This document shows, piece after piece, positions 31,444-41,876 of a stretch of 64,000 nucleotides of DNA. The notes below the pieces were generated by a model that saw only the letters and a program-made list of their open reading frames with translations, did no database searches and was not told the origin of the DNA. This DNA is from Tubiluchus corallicola (Eukaryota; Animalia; Priapulida). The stretch is from positions 1 to 64,000 of the forward strand of contig JAQGDQ010002369.1 in assembly GCA_030141605.1 (NCBI GenBank), read 5' to 3'. The position numbers and the translations under genes are program-made. The first letter of the stretch is position 1, and each line of letters starts with the position of its first letter.

Positions 31444-32586
31444 TTACACCTTGGTTACGGTCTCGCCGTGGGGATTTGTAAATGTCTTTAAATATTCCTC
31501 TAAGGAAAGAGAAGGCTTCAAAGAAAGATTGTTGACGATCTCCGATAAGGGCTTTAGGACGAATAGGCGCTCCTTATAGCGGGGATGTGGAATCTGCAGA
31601 TGAGGATTTTGGATTTCCCTGTTTCCGAAAAGCAGGATATCGATATCGATATGCCGGGGGCCGTTTTTTTCTTTGGTTTCCTTGCCGAGTTCCCTTTCGA
31701 TCGCCTGTAAAAAGTAGTGAAGTTCAAAGGGACTTAAACTTGTAATCAATTTCAATGCGCCATTGATGAATTCACCCTGGGGAATATCACTTACGGGCGA
31801 TGTCCTGTAAAAGGAAGAAACTTTCATAACTTTTACTTTTTCCAGAGCCTTGATTTTTTCAATAGCTGCAGAGAGAGTTTCGATGGGATTGCCAAGATTT
31901 CCTCCCAAACCGAGATAGACCTCCTCTGCAAACAGGTCTTTCATGCTATATAAATTCGGGGGAGCATCATGAAGAAACTGTGCGGCATCGAGCGCTCCCT
32001 GGACAAAAACTTCCCGGGAAAGCACTTCATGGGAAAGGGTCAACTTTTCCGGACCTTTCGTGAATTGCAGGGTATGTTCGCCACGGATCGATCCGGCTCT
32101 AAGAGAATGGATATGGACTTGGCGGCTGTCTAAAGACTGGGCTATCGAGAGGGCCGTGCCGCTTGGCCGGTCTTTCTTTTGGACATGGTGTGCTTCGATA
32201 AGATCAATATCTCCTTCCAGTTGCAGCCCGATTTGCGATGCCTGTTTCAAAAGGAAAACTCCTTTGCTGAAGTTCGATGAGTAAAAAACAGGAATGAACT
32301 GAGAAGCTTCTTTGATTTGACGGCGATCTTCATCGGAGAGTCCTGTAGTTCCGATGATGATTGGTTTTTTTAACTCCCTGGCGAGGAAAAGATGGTCGGT
32401 CAACCCGCTGGTAGAAACATCAATCCATACATCTGCTTGGACTAGGAGATCTTTTTTTTCTCCTAATCTTGTGAGCTTGCTTTCCACTCCGCCGATTACT
32501 TCGAAAGAGGGGTTTTCACTGCAAAGAGAAACCAGGGAAGAGCCTAGCCGCCCCTTGATTCCAAAAATGGCAATCTTGATTTTCAT
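31444..32586 (-). CDS. dapB-folK: DapB-FolK fusion (HTPA reductase + HPPK)
   Basis: N-half: GIKGRLG, IIGTTG, SSNFS, EAHH..KKDRPSGTA. C-half: YLGLGGNLG, FING, GPRHIDIDIL, IPHP...RLFVL.P. Confidence 0.92.
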   Translation of the reverse strand: MKIKIAIFGIKGRLGSSLVSLCSENPSFEVIGGVESKLTRLGEKKDLLVQADVWIDVSTSGLTDHLFLARELKKPIIIGTTGLSDEDRRQIKEASQFIPVFYSSNFSKGVFLLKQASQIGLQLEGDIDLIEAHHVQKKDRPSGTALSIAQSLDSRQVHIHSLRAGSIRGEHTLQFTKGPEKLTLSHEVLSREVFVQGALDAAQFLHDAPPNLYSMKDLFAEEVYLGLGGNLGNPIETLSAAIEKIKALEKVKVMKVSSFYRTSPVSDIPQGEFINGALKLITSLSPFELHYFLQAIERELGKETKEKNGPRHIDIDILLFGNREIQNPHLQIPHPRYKERLFVLKPLSEIVNNLSLKPSLSLEEYLKTFTNPHGETVTKV

Positions 32587-32673
32587 GCCCGGAATTTTAC
32601 CAAGACTGGCATCTCAATGCAATATCACTTGAAAAATACCCTCATTTTATCGACACTGAAGTGTAATTTAGTT

Positions 32674-32747
32674 GGATTGGTAGCTCAGCTGGATAGAGCA
32701 CCCGCCTTCTAAGCGGGCGGTCGTAGGTTCGAGTCCTACTCAATCCA
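32674..32747 (+). tRNA. tRNA-Arg(TCT)
   Basis: Cloverleaf; anticodon arm cccgc-cttctaa-gcggg. Confidence 0.96.
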
Positions 32748-32763
32748 TTTTTTTTTACGGATT

Positions 32764-35379
32764 ATGGCAGAAGAACCGCTCCTTCTGGGAGATATCAACT
32801 TCGAAAAAAAAAGCTTCAAGGATATAGACAAAGTCTTGGAGCAATTTTATACCGATGCGTTTAAGAAATTAGGCGATCGGGATCGAAGTGACAGGGTTAA
32901 CCGCGTTCTCTTGGACTTGATCCACTATTCTCCCGAACCGGCTTTTTTGATGCCCGAAGTACTCGACTATGTCGAGCGGATCGATCGGGAAAATATTTTA
33001 TATCACTATACATTCACTAGTTTTGAGCTTTGGCTCAATCATTTTGCTGGCCTTTCTTTTGCAGACAACTTACGTTTTCGAGGGAAAATCGCAGGCAAGT
33101 GGGTTCCAAGAGAAGAATATCAGGCCCTTTTTCCCATCGGGATGGGAAAGGTATACGATGGCACTCATTTTGTAACAGCGCACAAATCACCTGATCTGGA
33201 TACGACGATCGCATCTTTTTGGGGATGGGTGGATGCTTTTGCAGCCCGTGTAGGAGACTCTCTTCATGTATGGAATGTGCCAGGCGGCCCCCCTCCTTCC
33301 CAGATTGAAATCGATCTAATCTTCCGCCGCATTTTCGGACCGGCTGTTTTTACTCATTTAGCCAAAACCCGGACGACATTAACGATGACAGGCAATGACA
33401 TCATGAGTCAAAAGATGCTCGTCAAGAAAAAGAAGACAGAGACAACCGAGGGTATCGATCACGAGCGACATCAAAAAGCTGTTGTCATCGTTGATGAAGA
33501 TGGATTTTACCTTGGTGACTGGAGAAGCATCGATGTTGAAGGCGTCCGTCAAATCACTGTGTTTTTTAATAATATCCTTTGTTGGTTTGAGAACCACCTG
33601 CATGTGAATTTGATCTCCCTTTTTGCAAAGGAGAATTTGACTCTGAATGATGTCAGTTCCTTTGTACAAAATGTTTTTGGTTCAAAGTTGAAAGATAGCG
33701 AACCACTTCTAGAGTTCAGTGACAAAAATAGAGAAAATATGCAGAACTTTCTCACTCGCGTCATGGGTGTAAGTGAAGGACTTGAGAGCACCTTTGAAGA
33801 ATTTGGAAGAGGCGTTTCCAAACTTTCCATTATGGAGTTTGACTCGGTACGCGATGTAATCCAATCCATCAAAGAAGCGCATCTTTTCGATGATAAGGGA
33901 AATCTCATTGAAGACCGTCCAAAGATCTTTCTTTACCTCGAGAAGATCATCAGAGGTCTTCATCATGCAGTACAAAATGTCCGTATCTACATGGAACAGA
34001 TTGACATTGTATTGCAAATCAAAACAAAAGTATTTGGTTTTTCTCCCCACTTTGTCACTGTCCGCGCCGACGTTGAAGAAATGAGAAGCAAGATGGGGTC
34101 CTACCAGTATCTGACGGTGGCTTACCCAGTACAAGGAAAGTTCTATCCTGTCGGGGTTATCCAGGCATCGGACTTAAGGAAAAAGACTTTGGGGACTGTT
34201 TCCCTGCGGGACTTTTGCAACCGGAATGAGATGACCATTCCATCCTATCTGGAAGTGATCAGTGTTATCGATCATCATAAATCCTCTTTGAATACGTATA
34301 CTCCTCCGATGGCCATCATCAGCGATGCTCAATCGAGCAATGCTCTGGTTGCCGAGGTTGCCTTTTACATCAATGATCGTTACAGCCTTTCAGGAATGAC
34401 CGATAAAGAAATCGATGAATCTCTCAGTGAGATTCAGGGAAAACAAAGGACGACCGCATCGACCCGTCTCGAAACACGCCTCCTGCAAAAGAGGCTGATT
34501 TCTGAGAAGAGGGGGGAATACTACATTCATCCAGAAAGAGAAATGGTCGAATACCTCCATTTTCTTTACGGCATTCTCGATGATACCGATCTCTTGATGA
34601 AAGTATCGGACCGCGATGTCGATTGTGTGGTCTCTCTGTTAAATCGGTTAAAGACTCTTCTTTTAAAGAAAGAAACAGAAATTATTTCTTTGGACAATAT
34701 TCCCAAGGGGCCAAATTTTGCAAAAGACGCTGCAAAGAAAATTCTGCAAAATGAGGATATGTACTCTCTTTATAGCAAGGTTTATCACTTCCGGGAGAAG
34801 GAAGTAGAACACAATATGGAACTTTGCTCTAAAGGTGAGCATTCCAATGTCTTTTCCGATACGAAAGAGCAAAACGGATGCAGCCGGGTCGGTCAGACCA
34901 AGATGTTCTCGAAAAACATCGAGAAGTTCGAGAAGCACAAGTACCATCTCCGCAAGTACTGGTATGAGAAAGCCAAGACCATCTACAGGGAACACAATGA
35001 GATCGACCTTCATCTTCATATGATCAGCACGATTGTCGGTGCTGATGAAGTTTATAAAGGGGCTACGGGAAGTTATGAGCATAAAGATGAACTTTGGATC
35101 TGGACCGCGGCAACAGACATTGCAGTGGAGCATTTAAAGCGATTTTTGAATGCTTTCAGGGATGCTCCCCAGTTTGAGAATAATGCGCTTGAAGTAGAAT
35201 TCCTGGGAGATAACGCCCAGGAGCTCGATCAGATATTTCAGGAAAGCTTTATGTCGATTCCCCGAAGAGAAAATAAGCCTAAAGAAAAACTTCCGATTGC
35301 CGTTCTTTACTACAATGCGGGAACCATCAATTCTAGAAAGGCAATGATCTCCCCATATCTTCCAGTTCTGGCAACTTGA
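32764..35379 (+). CDS. Large DHH-family phosphoesterase (family II PPase-like)
   Basis: HKSPDLDT, VIDHH and GILDDT motifs spread over 871 aa. Confidence 0.7.
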   Translation: MAEEPLLLGDINFEKKSFKDIDKVLEQFYTDAFKKLGDRDRSDRVNRVLLDLIHYSPEPAFLMPEVLDYVERIDRENILYHYTFTSFELWLNHFAGLSFADNLRFRGKIAGKWVPREEYQALFPIGMGKVYDGTHFVTAHKSPDLDTTIASFWGWVDAFAARVGDSLHVWNVPGGPPPSQIEIDLIFRRIFGPAVFTHLAKTRTTLTMTGNDIMSQKMLVKKKKTETTEGIDHERHQKAVVIVDEDGFYLGDWRSIDVEGVRQITVFFNNILCWFENHLHVNLISLFAKENLTLNDVSSFVQNVFGSKLKDSEPLLEFSDKNRENMQNFLTRVMGVSEGLESTFEEFGRGVSKLSIMEFDSVRDVIQSIKEAHLFDDKGNLIEDRPKIFLYLEKIIRGLHHAVQNVRIYMEQIDIVLQIKTKVFGFSPHFVTVRADVEEMRSKMGSYQYLTVAYPVQGKFYPVGVIQASDLRKKTLGTVSLRDFCNRNEMTIPSYLEVISVIDHHKSSLNTYTPPMAIISDAQSSNALVAEVAFYINDRYSLSGMTDKEIDESLSEIQGKQRTTASTRLETRLLQKRLISEKRGEYYIHPEREMVEYLHFLYGILDDTDLLMKVSDRDVDCVVSLLNRLKTLLLKKETEIISLDNIPKGPNFAKDAAKKILQNEDMYSLYSKVYHFREKEVEHNMELCSKGEHSNVFSDTKEQNGCSRVGQTKMFSKNIEKFEKHKYHLRKYWYEKAKTIYREHNEIDLHLHMISTIVGADEVYKGATGSYEHKDELWIWTAATDIAVEHLKRFLNAFRDAPQFENNALEVEFLGDNAQELDQIFQESFMSIPRRENKPKEKLPIAVLYYNAGTINSRKAMISPYLPVLAT

Positions 35380-35480
35380 TCGAGTCATTTACTACTCCAT
35401 AATAAATAGCAGCCAGACCTAGAGCTCCGATTACTGCTACTCTTACCATGGAACATCCTGATTTTCTGTTCTGATGTTCA

Positions 35481-36483
35481 TCAGGCAAGGGATGAATGTG
35501 AATAGCGTGTACTTTGTGGAGGATCTTCTAACATTGCTCTAAATGATCTGCTTGCACGGAATTCTGTCAAGTGAAGGTTCCGGAAAGTATGGGGGAGAGA
35601 CTGAATAGGAGTAGCATTGATTGTGAGGGTTCGGAGGTGCTGCAGGTTTCCTATTTCTTGGGGTAAATCTCGGATTGCAGTGTGATCCAATAAGATGGAG
35701 TGTAAGTTTCTTAGATTGTCCATACCGGCTGGTAAAGATTTAATGTCGCTATTACAGGCCGCATCCAGAATACGTAGTTCGGTGAGCTGACAGATCTCTT
35801 CTGGAATGGATGAGATGTGATTTCCGTATATATTGATGTCTCTAAGACCTGTGAAGTATTTGATTTCCGGAGGAAGCCCATACAGATCACAACAGTTGAC
35901 ATCGATTGAAGTAATGTGCCCCAGTTGATCTCGATTGACTTCAAACCAGCTACGTATTTGATTGGCTGTTTCCCCTCGTGGTCCTGCTACCCAAGCATCC
36001 CATTGTGCATCTGTCCAGGTTTCTCGAACATTCAAAGTTGGGAAATTGATGGTAGTTGCTGATGGAGGCAGAAGGTGAACAACGCATTCCCAAAAGTCGA
36101 CGAGCTCATCATCCATTCTTTCTTGAACGGCTTCTTGAATGGCCTCTTGCATCTCAATATAACGCATAGGATCTGTTAAGCTATGTTCGTTGCAAATCTG
36201 TTGCCGCTTAGTCCTGCATACGTTGCATCAGAGTCGCATTCAGCTTTCCCAAGTGCTCAACAGTTGGCTGGGCCATGATTTGGGAAAGCGGAGTCCTAGG
36301 ATATTCAGTTTGAAACTTCTCCCAGATCCCGTGGATGATTCGGGTGTTTTCATCTTTGAATTTGCTATTCGTTGCCGAGGCAGGGAGGTTGCCTGCGAAC
36401 TCAGAAATATTTCCTAAGAATCCTTCGATATCAGAAATTCTAGAAAAAAGGGGGGGGGGTAGTTCTGGTGGTAAGGCTGTCAT
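35481..36483 (-). pseudogene. LRR effector-like gene split by a frameshift near 36210-36230
   Basis: ORFs 36208-36483 and 35481-36167 are in different frames, and the downstream frame is open across the gap. LPPEI/IPEEI/LPQEI repeats. Confidence 0.6.
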
Positions 36484-36563
36484 GGTATCTCTCTATCATT
36501 TGTAGAGGCTATTGTACCTAGACGAGGTTAAGGTCTCTTAAAATCGGCAGAGTAAAAAAACAT

Positions 36564-37433
36564 TTAATGCCAGAAGAGAATGGAGTTTCCTGAGGGTTGG
36601 TCTTCCAGGACTTCAATGACGTGGGATTTAAGAAGAGTTATCAATTCTTTTGTTGAATAGGAGTCGATGCCGTAAAGGGGGCTGATTTCATCACAAAGAA
36701 GAAAGGCTGCCTTGGCATGGGCGAGGATTTTATCGATGTATTCCTTCTGCGCTTTTTTCGTGCACTGGGAGAAGGCAAAATTGCTTAAGACCAGGTCATA
36801 GGTTTGGGTGGTATTGATTTCTTCAGGAGTCTTGAAAATGACATTGGGTATGTTCAAGGATTTCAGATACCTTTTGGCCAACTGAAGAGCTTCAGGAAGA
36901 TCGACGATGATGTATTCCTTAAGGTTAAAAAGGCGGGACAGAATAGCGCATTGTCCGCCGTATCCGCCGCCGATTTCAAGGATTCTTTTTCCATTAAGGT
37001 CTCCGAAACGGGACTGAATGTCACCAGCAATCTTGATGTATTGAAGGGTTTTCGGAGAAATGGGAGGAATGTGGTCATAAGAGAAAGTAATCGGCGAACC
37101 TAACTGATCGTTCTGGCGAAAATCATCGAGATGGGCCATCAGATTGGGATGTTCAGCATGGATCGTATCGAAGTATTCCTTTCCCTGGGAATGGGAGACA
37201 TTATCAATAAAAAGAAGACACAGTCCTTCTCTTCGAAACTTTTCAAACGCTTCTTCCCTGGCGGCAGCTTTGAGACAAAAATTGGGAAATTCCCGATTGT
37301 CCGTAATGCTTGTCCGTAAAAGGATGTCATAGACTTCTTCATTCTCTGCTGGGCTTCTCTGGGAAATAAAATGAAGGCCTATGGTCAGGGCTAAGAGAAC
37401 AAAAGCAGAGATGAGAATTTTCTTACTCTTCAT
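36564..37433 (-). CDS. Putative sugar O-methyltransferase
   Basis: ILEIGGGYGGQC, IVDLPE and SNFAFSQC; N-terminal anchor. Confidence 0.8.
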   Translation of the reverse strand: MKSKKILISAFVLLALTIGLHFISQRSPAENEEVYDILLRTSITDNREFPNFCLKAAAREEAFEKFRREGLCLLFIDNVSHSQGKEYFDTIHAEHPNLMAHLDDFRQNDQLGSPITFSYDHIPPISPKTLQYIKIAGDIQSRFGDLNGKRILEIGGGYGGQCAILSRLFNLKEYIIVDLPEALQLAKRYLKSLNIPNVIFKTPEEINTTQTYDLVLSNFAFSQCTKKAQKEYIDKILAHAKAAFLLCDEISPLYGIDSYSTKELITLLKSHVIEVLEDQPSGNSILFWH

Positions 37434-39177
37434 GGCTTTCTCGAGGGATGAATCGTGGTATGTATTCCATATGTGCCGACCGGTTTTGAATTTGATAGAG
37501 AGGAGAAATATCTATTTTATACCCTTTTTCGTATTTGGATAAAAGCTCTTCGGGAGAAAAGAGGTTCATATTTCGATTGTCTGAGTTGTTGACGATGTTT
37601 AGGGGGAGGTTGAGAGCTTTTGAGGTTCGATAGGAGAGGCCGACCCTTCTTTGTAGGGAAATGCGTGAAAAAGGTTTAGTGTATTTGCACCAGGCGATTT
37701 CTAACTCGTTGGGATGGCGGAAAGAGATATGCTCTAATACTTTCTTCACATCCTCTTTCCGGTATAGAGTAAGATCGACGCTATTTGGATAAGTCCAATC
37801 TCCTCTAGCCGCATCGATCTGCCATCCAAAAATTGTAGGAGAAAGTTCCAGATAGTAGGGGATTTCCTGATGAAACTCTCCCATATAACAGTAATCGATG
37901 TGATCACCCAGTCGGAAAGAGAAAAAGTAGGCCCCTGTTTTTTCCATTTGTGTGATCGCCTCTGAAACATCTGCATAATCCTTGAACATCATGTCATCAA
38001 CTGAAAAAAGAATGTAATCGGAAGAAGACCCTTCGAAAAGACATTTCATCAAGAGCGGTTTGAAGTCTTCATGAGGTTTTGTTGACTGAGAAATGAACTT
38101 CACATGGGGGAATTTTTCTTGAACATCTTTGTAAGCTTGGCGGTAGGAATCATAGCTTGCCCGGTAAATGACGTGAATTTGATCCAGGCCCTTCACATAC
38201 TGCTTCATCGATTCCAAAAGAGAATAAAGCTGGATGGGTCTGTCGAAGGAAAAAATCACGAGATCGCTTTTTTTCTCTTCATAGATCTGCGGTGTGGAAG
38301 GGTGCCTCGTCAAAAGAGGATAAGGAGGTGATATAGTCGTGTGTTGGTAGCATGTGAATGGAGAGCGGTTGCAGGAGCGTTCTTGATCGAGGAGTTCATT
38401 TTTCAAATTGTAGCAGAGAACTTCATTGATAAACCCTACGCGATTACCCGCCATTTCCATCATAGGGAACATGAATGCACGATCGCATTTGCGGCAGATG
38501 AATTTTCCCCGAAAGAAAAAGTTATCGAGCTTAACTTTTTTGAACAGACCTGCATAAAAACTTTTGAACTGGCAGTTCCTCCAGTATTTCCTTCTCATGG
38601 AGTGTGAGAAAAAACCCTCACTGGTAACCCTGGCGCATCGTGCTTTCTTTTTTGTTCGGTAATCAGCATGTTTTGCATACGCAAGCCAGACATCTTTGGT
38701 TTTATAAAGTTCGTTCAATTTTTTTAATGTATCTGGAGATACGAGCCAGGAGTTGCCTTCGAGATGGATGACAATCTCATCATTTTTGCACTCTTGAACG
38801 GCTTCATAGAGTCTTTCAATCGAACCTTTATGCTTTTCAAAACGTTTTAAGGTCAGCTTTTCTCTTAGGGTAGAATCGGCAATCGTGTGCTCTACACGGG
38901 AAAAAGTATGATCTGTAGACCCATCATCGATATAAATGATTCGGAAGTTGGAATAACTCTGCCAAAAGATCGAATTGAGTGTGCGCTCGCAGATGTCGGA
39001 ACAATTATAGGCTGGGATGATGAAAACGAAGGACTTGTCTTCACGGTGTTCCTTATTCTCAGGAGGACCTGAAAAATAGGAGGGGATAGAAGGTATGAAT
39101 TCCCATTCGATCAAAAGAGCGAAAAGGCCGACGAAAAATCCTATCGCGAGGAGAAAATATTGTAGTTTTTTCATCAT
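37423..39177 (-). CDS. Two-domain glycosyltransferase (GT2 + second GT-A-like domain)
   Basis: IIPAYN..YIDDGSTD; second domain FSFDRPIQL..FSVDD; N-terminal TM. Confidence 0.82.
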   Translation of the reverse strand: MMKKLQYFLLAIGFFVGLFALLIEWEFIPSIPSYFSGPPENKEHREDKSFVFIIPAYNCSDICERTLNSIFWQSYSNFRIIYIDDGSTDHTFSRVEHTIADSTLREKLTLKRFEKHKGSIERLYEAVQECKNDEIVIHLEGNSWLVSPDTLKKLNELYKTKDVWLAYAKHADYRTKKKARCARVTSEGFFSHSMRRKYWRNCQFKSFYAGLFKKVKLDNFFFRGKFICRKCDRAFMFPMMEMAGNRVGFINEVLCYNLKNELLDQERSCNRSPFTCYQHTTISPPYPLLTRHPSTPQIYEEKKSDLVIFSFDRPIQLYSLLESMKQYVKGLDQIHVIYRASYDSYRQAYKDVQEKFPHVKFISQSTKPHEDFKPLLMKCLFEGSSSDYILFSVDDMMFKDYADVSEAITQMEKTGAYFFSFRLGDHIDYCYMGEFHQEIPYYLELSPTIFGWQIDAARGDWTYPNSVDLTLYRKEDVKKVLEHISFRHPNELEIAWCKYTKPFSRISLQRRVGLSYRTSKALNLPLNIVNNSDNRNMNLFSPEELLSKYEKGYKIDISPLYQIQNRSAHMEYIPRFIPRESHEE

Positions 39178-39290
39178 GTACCCGTGCGGGAAAAACTTGA
39201 ATTTTTCCGAAACTGAAAGCAATGATCAACGTTATACAAACTCTGTTTTTTTGAATCCAATTCTTTACAAAAAATGAACAAAAAAACATT

Positions 39291-40142
39291 TTGGCTCGCC
39301 AAAAATTCGAGCGTTCTAATGAAAAAAAATTTTTCCTCCTAATTTGCTCTGTATTCTTAATCGCTTCAGATAAAAAAACTAAAAGTGAATCTGAATCTTA
39401 TTTGTCTTTTTACAAAGAACATCAACAGTATTTGGGGCCGATTGCCGACCATAAAAAAGGTGAAATCGAAATTGTCCTTAATCCCGAAGAAATCTCTCAA
39501 ATCGTTAAGCTTCAAAAGAAACGGTTAAAACAGAAGGGGCTTTCTAAAGAACAGATTTATGAGTGCTGCAAAGTAGGAATCATTACTGAAGATACTTATT
39601 GGATTTGGATTCGCGATGCAGTGGTTTTCCCGACAGGCGCAAAGGGAACCTATGATCGTATCGTATTGAAAAGCGCCCTCAATGGTGCCTGCGGAGTAGC
39701 GGTTCTTCCCATTTTGCCTGACAAACGTCTCGTTTTAAACCTTAACTTTCGACACTCTACTCGATCGTGGGAGTTGGAAGTTCCCCGTGGAATGAGAGAG
39801 CCTCACGAGAGTGTTGAAGTTGCAGCCATTAGAGAACTTCATGAGGAGACCGGGCTTAGTGTTGAGTTGCCGATTTTTTTAGGGAATATGACGCCTGATA
39901 CAGGTTCTCTCAGTTCTGTCGTGCCTGTCTTTTTAGGAAAGGTGTCCAAAGTCAACAAATCCCAGCAGGATTTTTCTGAGGCCATTCTAACCAATGTAGC
40001 TTTTAGTAAAGATGAGCTAAAAAGAGGATTTGAGAGGGGATATATCGTGATTGACCGTAATGGGGAACAGTGGAAAGTACCTCTTCAGGACTCATTCCTG
40101 TCTTTTGCCATTTTGCAAGCAGAGCTTAAAGGGCTGTTATAA
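39291..40142 (+). CDS. NUDIX hydrolase (ADP-ribose pyrophosphatase-like); start uncertain
   Basis: ELEVPRG...AAIRELHEETG Nudix box. Confidence 0.85.
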   Translation: MARQKFERSNEKKFFLLICSVFLIASDKKTKSESESYLSFYKEHQQYLGPIADHKKGEIEIVLNPEEISQIVKLQKKRLKQKGLSKEQIYECCKVGIITEDTYWIWIRDAVVFPTGAKGTYDRIVLKSALNGACGVAVLPILPDKRLVLNLNFRHSTRSWELEVPRGMREPHESVEVAAIRELHEETGLSVELPIFLGNMTPDTGSLSSVVPVFLGKVSKVNKSQQDFSEAILTNVAFSKDELKRGFERGYIVIDRNGEQWKVPLQDSFLSFAILQAELKGLL

Positions 40143-40217
40143 AGCCTTCGTTATTAATTCTGATAGATATTGTTTGTTTAAGATTGGGTGAAAAAGGGTG
40201 CAAGAAATGCACCCTAG

Positions 40218-40383
40218 GAACCTATCCCAAAACAGGTGTCTGTCGATTTTCGGAACTATTTTGGCCAATTTTAGCAAGTTTGACGGGGAGCTATATTCCA
40301 AGTGGATATTACTCCCCGTCAAACTTGCTAAAATTGGCTCAAAAGAGCCCTAAAATCGACGAAACATGATTTGGGATAGGTTC
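40218..40383. repeat. 166-bp palindromic element (gaacct...aggttc family)
   Basis: Ends gaacctatcccaa/ttgggataggttc; perfect 27-bp inner stem gccaattttagcaagtttgacggggag. Confidence 0.9.
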
Positions 40384-40388
40384 TGAAA

Positions 40389-40628
40389 TTATTCTTTTTC
40401 TTCAATGATTTCCAAGTTCACTCGAATGCCATTGCGGGAAGCAACAGACATCAAAAGCGTACGTATGGCATTTATGGTCTTTCCCTTCTTTCCAATGATT
40501 TTACCGATGTCGGATTTCTCAACCGCTAATTCGATAATCAGCGTATGGGTACCACCAATTTCGTTGATGCGTACTTTTTCAGGATGATCGACGAGATTCT
40601 TTACGATGTATTCAACAAATTCTTTCAT
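40389..40628 (-). CDS. khpA: KH-domain RNA-binding protein
   Basis: MKEFVEYIVKNLVD and DIGKIIGKKGKTINAIR. Confidence 0.92.
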   Translation of the reverse strand: MKEFVEYIVKNLVDHPEKVRINEIGGTHTLIIELAVEKSDIGKIIGKKGKTINAIRTLLMSVASRNGIRVNLEIIEEKE

Positions 40629-40765
40629 AGCTCGACCCTTGTGGTTGAAGTGAGAAAATTCAGCTTAAAAAAGATTATAATCTTTTTTGGTACTGGCTGA
40701 TAGTACATTGTTCATGGATTTTATACCACAAACACTTTCCTTCAGATTTTTACTTCGTGTTGAGC

Positions 40766-41716
40766 TTAGGGAAGGGAATGTTGGGAAGAAAAGAGCGCGA
40801 TCATCTTTTTCATGTCATCAGGGATTGGTGCGGCAAACTCTAGCGGTGCCAAAGTAATAGGATGATGAATCTTGAGCCGGTAAGCGTGTAGAAGCTGTCT
40901 TTGTATATTGTAATGCCGGTTTACTGAAGGGCTGCCATAAACTTCATCTCCGAGGATGGGAGCGTTGAGGTGCTTTAGATGAACGCGGATTTGGTGTGTT
41001 CTTCCTGTGAGAGGCTTTGCCAGTACAAGACTGAGGCGCTCACTCGTGGCAAGAGTTGAAAGATGTGTGATTGATTCTTTTCCTCCAATATCGAGAACGC
41101 TCATCTCTTTGCGACGAACGGGGTGGCGGCCCATAAAGACAGATACCGTATTCTCTCTTGGACGTCCAACGCAGATAGCTAGATATTGTTTTTCGACTTT
41201 CCGGTTGCAGAAAAGGGCGATCAATCTTTGGTGGGCGCGACTTGTTTTTGAGGCAATAAGGACTCCTGAAGTATTTTTGTCCAAGCGATGCACGATTCCT
41301 GGCCGCAGAGGATCGTCAGTAGGAGCGAGCTGGCGGCAGTGCCCGAGCAGGGCGTTCACAAAAGTATGGGACCAGTTTCCAGGGGCGGGGTGTACGACCA
41401 TGCCGGCAGGTTTGTTGACGACGATAATGTCTTCGTCCTCAAAAAGGATATCGAGAGGAATATTCTGCGGCTCTAGGGTGATCTCCGGGGTGACCTGAAA
41501 GAAAACCTCAATCTCATCCCCATCTTTGGGCTCGACTCTTTTTTTGACTCTCTCTCCATTGAGTAGGACGCATCCATTCTCAATCAAATATTGAAAATAG
41601 GAGCGGGAGTGTCCTTCGAATCGATCAGACAAGAGCTTATCGATTCGGACTCCCTCCTCTTCTTTCGTCACGAGAAGGATCTCAGTATCTGTTTTTTCTT
41701 CTAGAGTTGTAGTCAC
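40766..41716 (-). CDS. rluD: RluA-family pseudouridine synthase
   Basis: S4 domain, NKPAGMVVHP, HRLDKNTSG and TGRTHQIRVH. Start uncertain (GTG chosen). Confidence 0.92.
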   Translation of the reverse strand: MTTTLEEKTDTEILLVTKEEEGVRIDKLLSDRFEGHSRSYFQYLIENGCVLLNGERVKKRVEPKDGDEIEVFFQVTPEITLEPQNIPLDILFEDEDIIVVNKPAGMVVHPAPGNWSHTFVNALLGHCRQLAPTDDPLRPGIVHRLDKNTSGVLIASKTSRAHQRLIALFCNRKVEKQYLAICVGRPRENTVSVFMGRHPVRRKEMSVLDIGGKESITHLSTLATSERLSLVLAKPLTGRTHQIRVHLKHLNAPILGDEVYGSPSVNRHYNIQRQLLHAYRLKIHHPITLAPLEFAAPIPDDMKKMIALFSSQHSLP

Positions 41717-41814
41717 ATTAAGCCTTTTCTTGAAAAGCCACGAACGGGCGAAGAGTTTAGCATTTTGGATGCTAGAGATCAAGGGCTTATTTAAATTTTT
41801 CCTTTAGGCTCGTT

Positions 41815-41864
41815 CCCAAAATCAGAGGTTCCTCAATTTTATATCGGAGGAGCCTGGTTTTGGG
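41815..41864. repeat. Short palindrome related to the 40218 element ends
   Basis: cccaaaatcag aggttcctc...gaggagcct ggttttggg. Confidence 0.55.
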
Positions 41865-41876
41865 GTAGATTTGACG

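Noticed and set aside
32607-32621. Sigma54-like TGGCAT-N4-ATGC
   Set aside because: Imperfect match overlapping the dapB/tRNA promoter region; a sigma66-like promoter explains the tRNA.
40137-40369. Opposite-strand 61-aa ORFs sharing SPSNLLKLA
   Set aside because: A by-product of the palindrome; no RBS or coding evidence.
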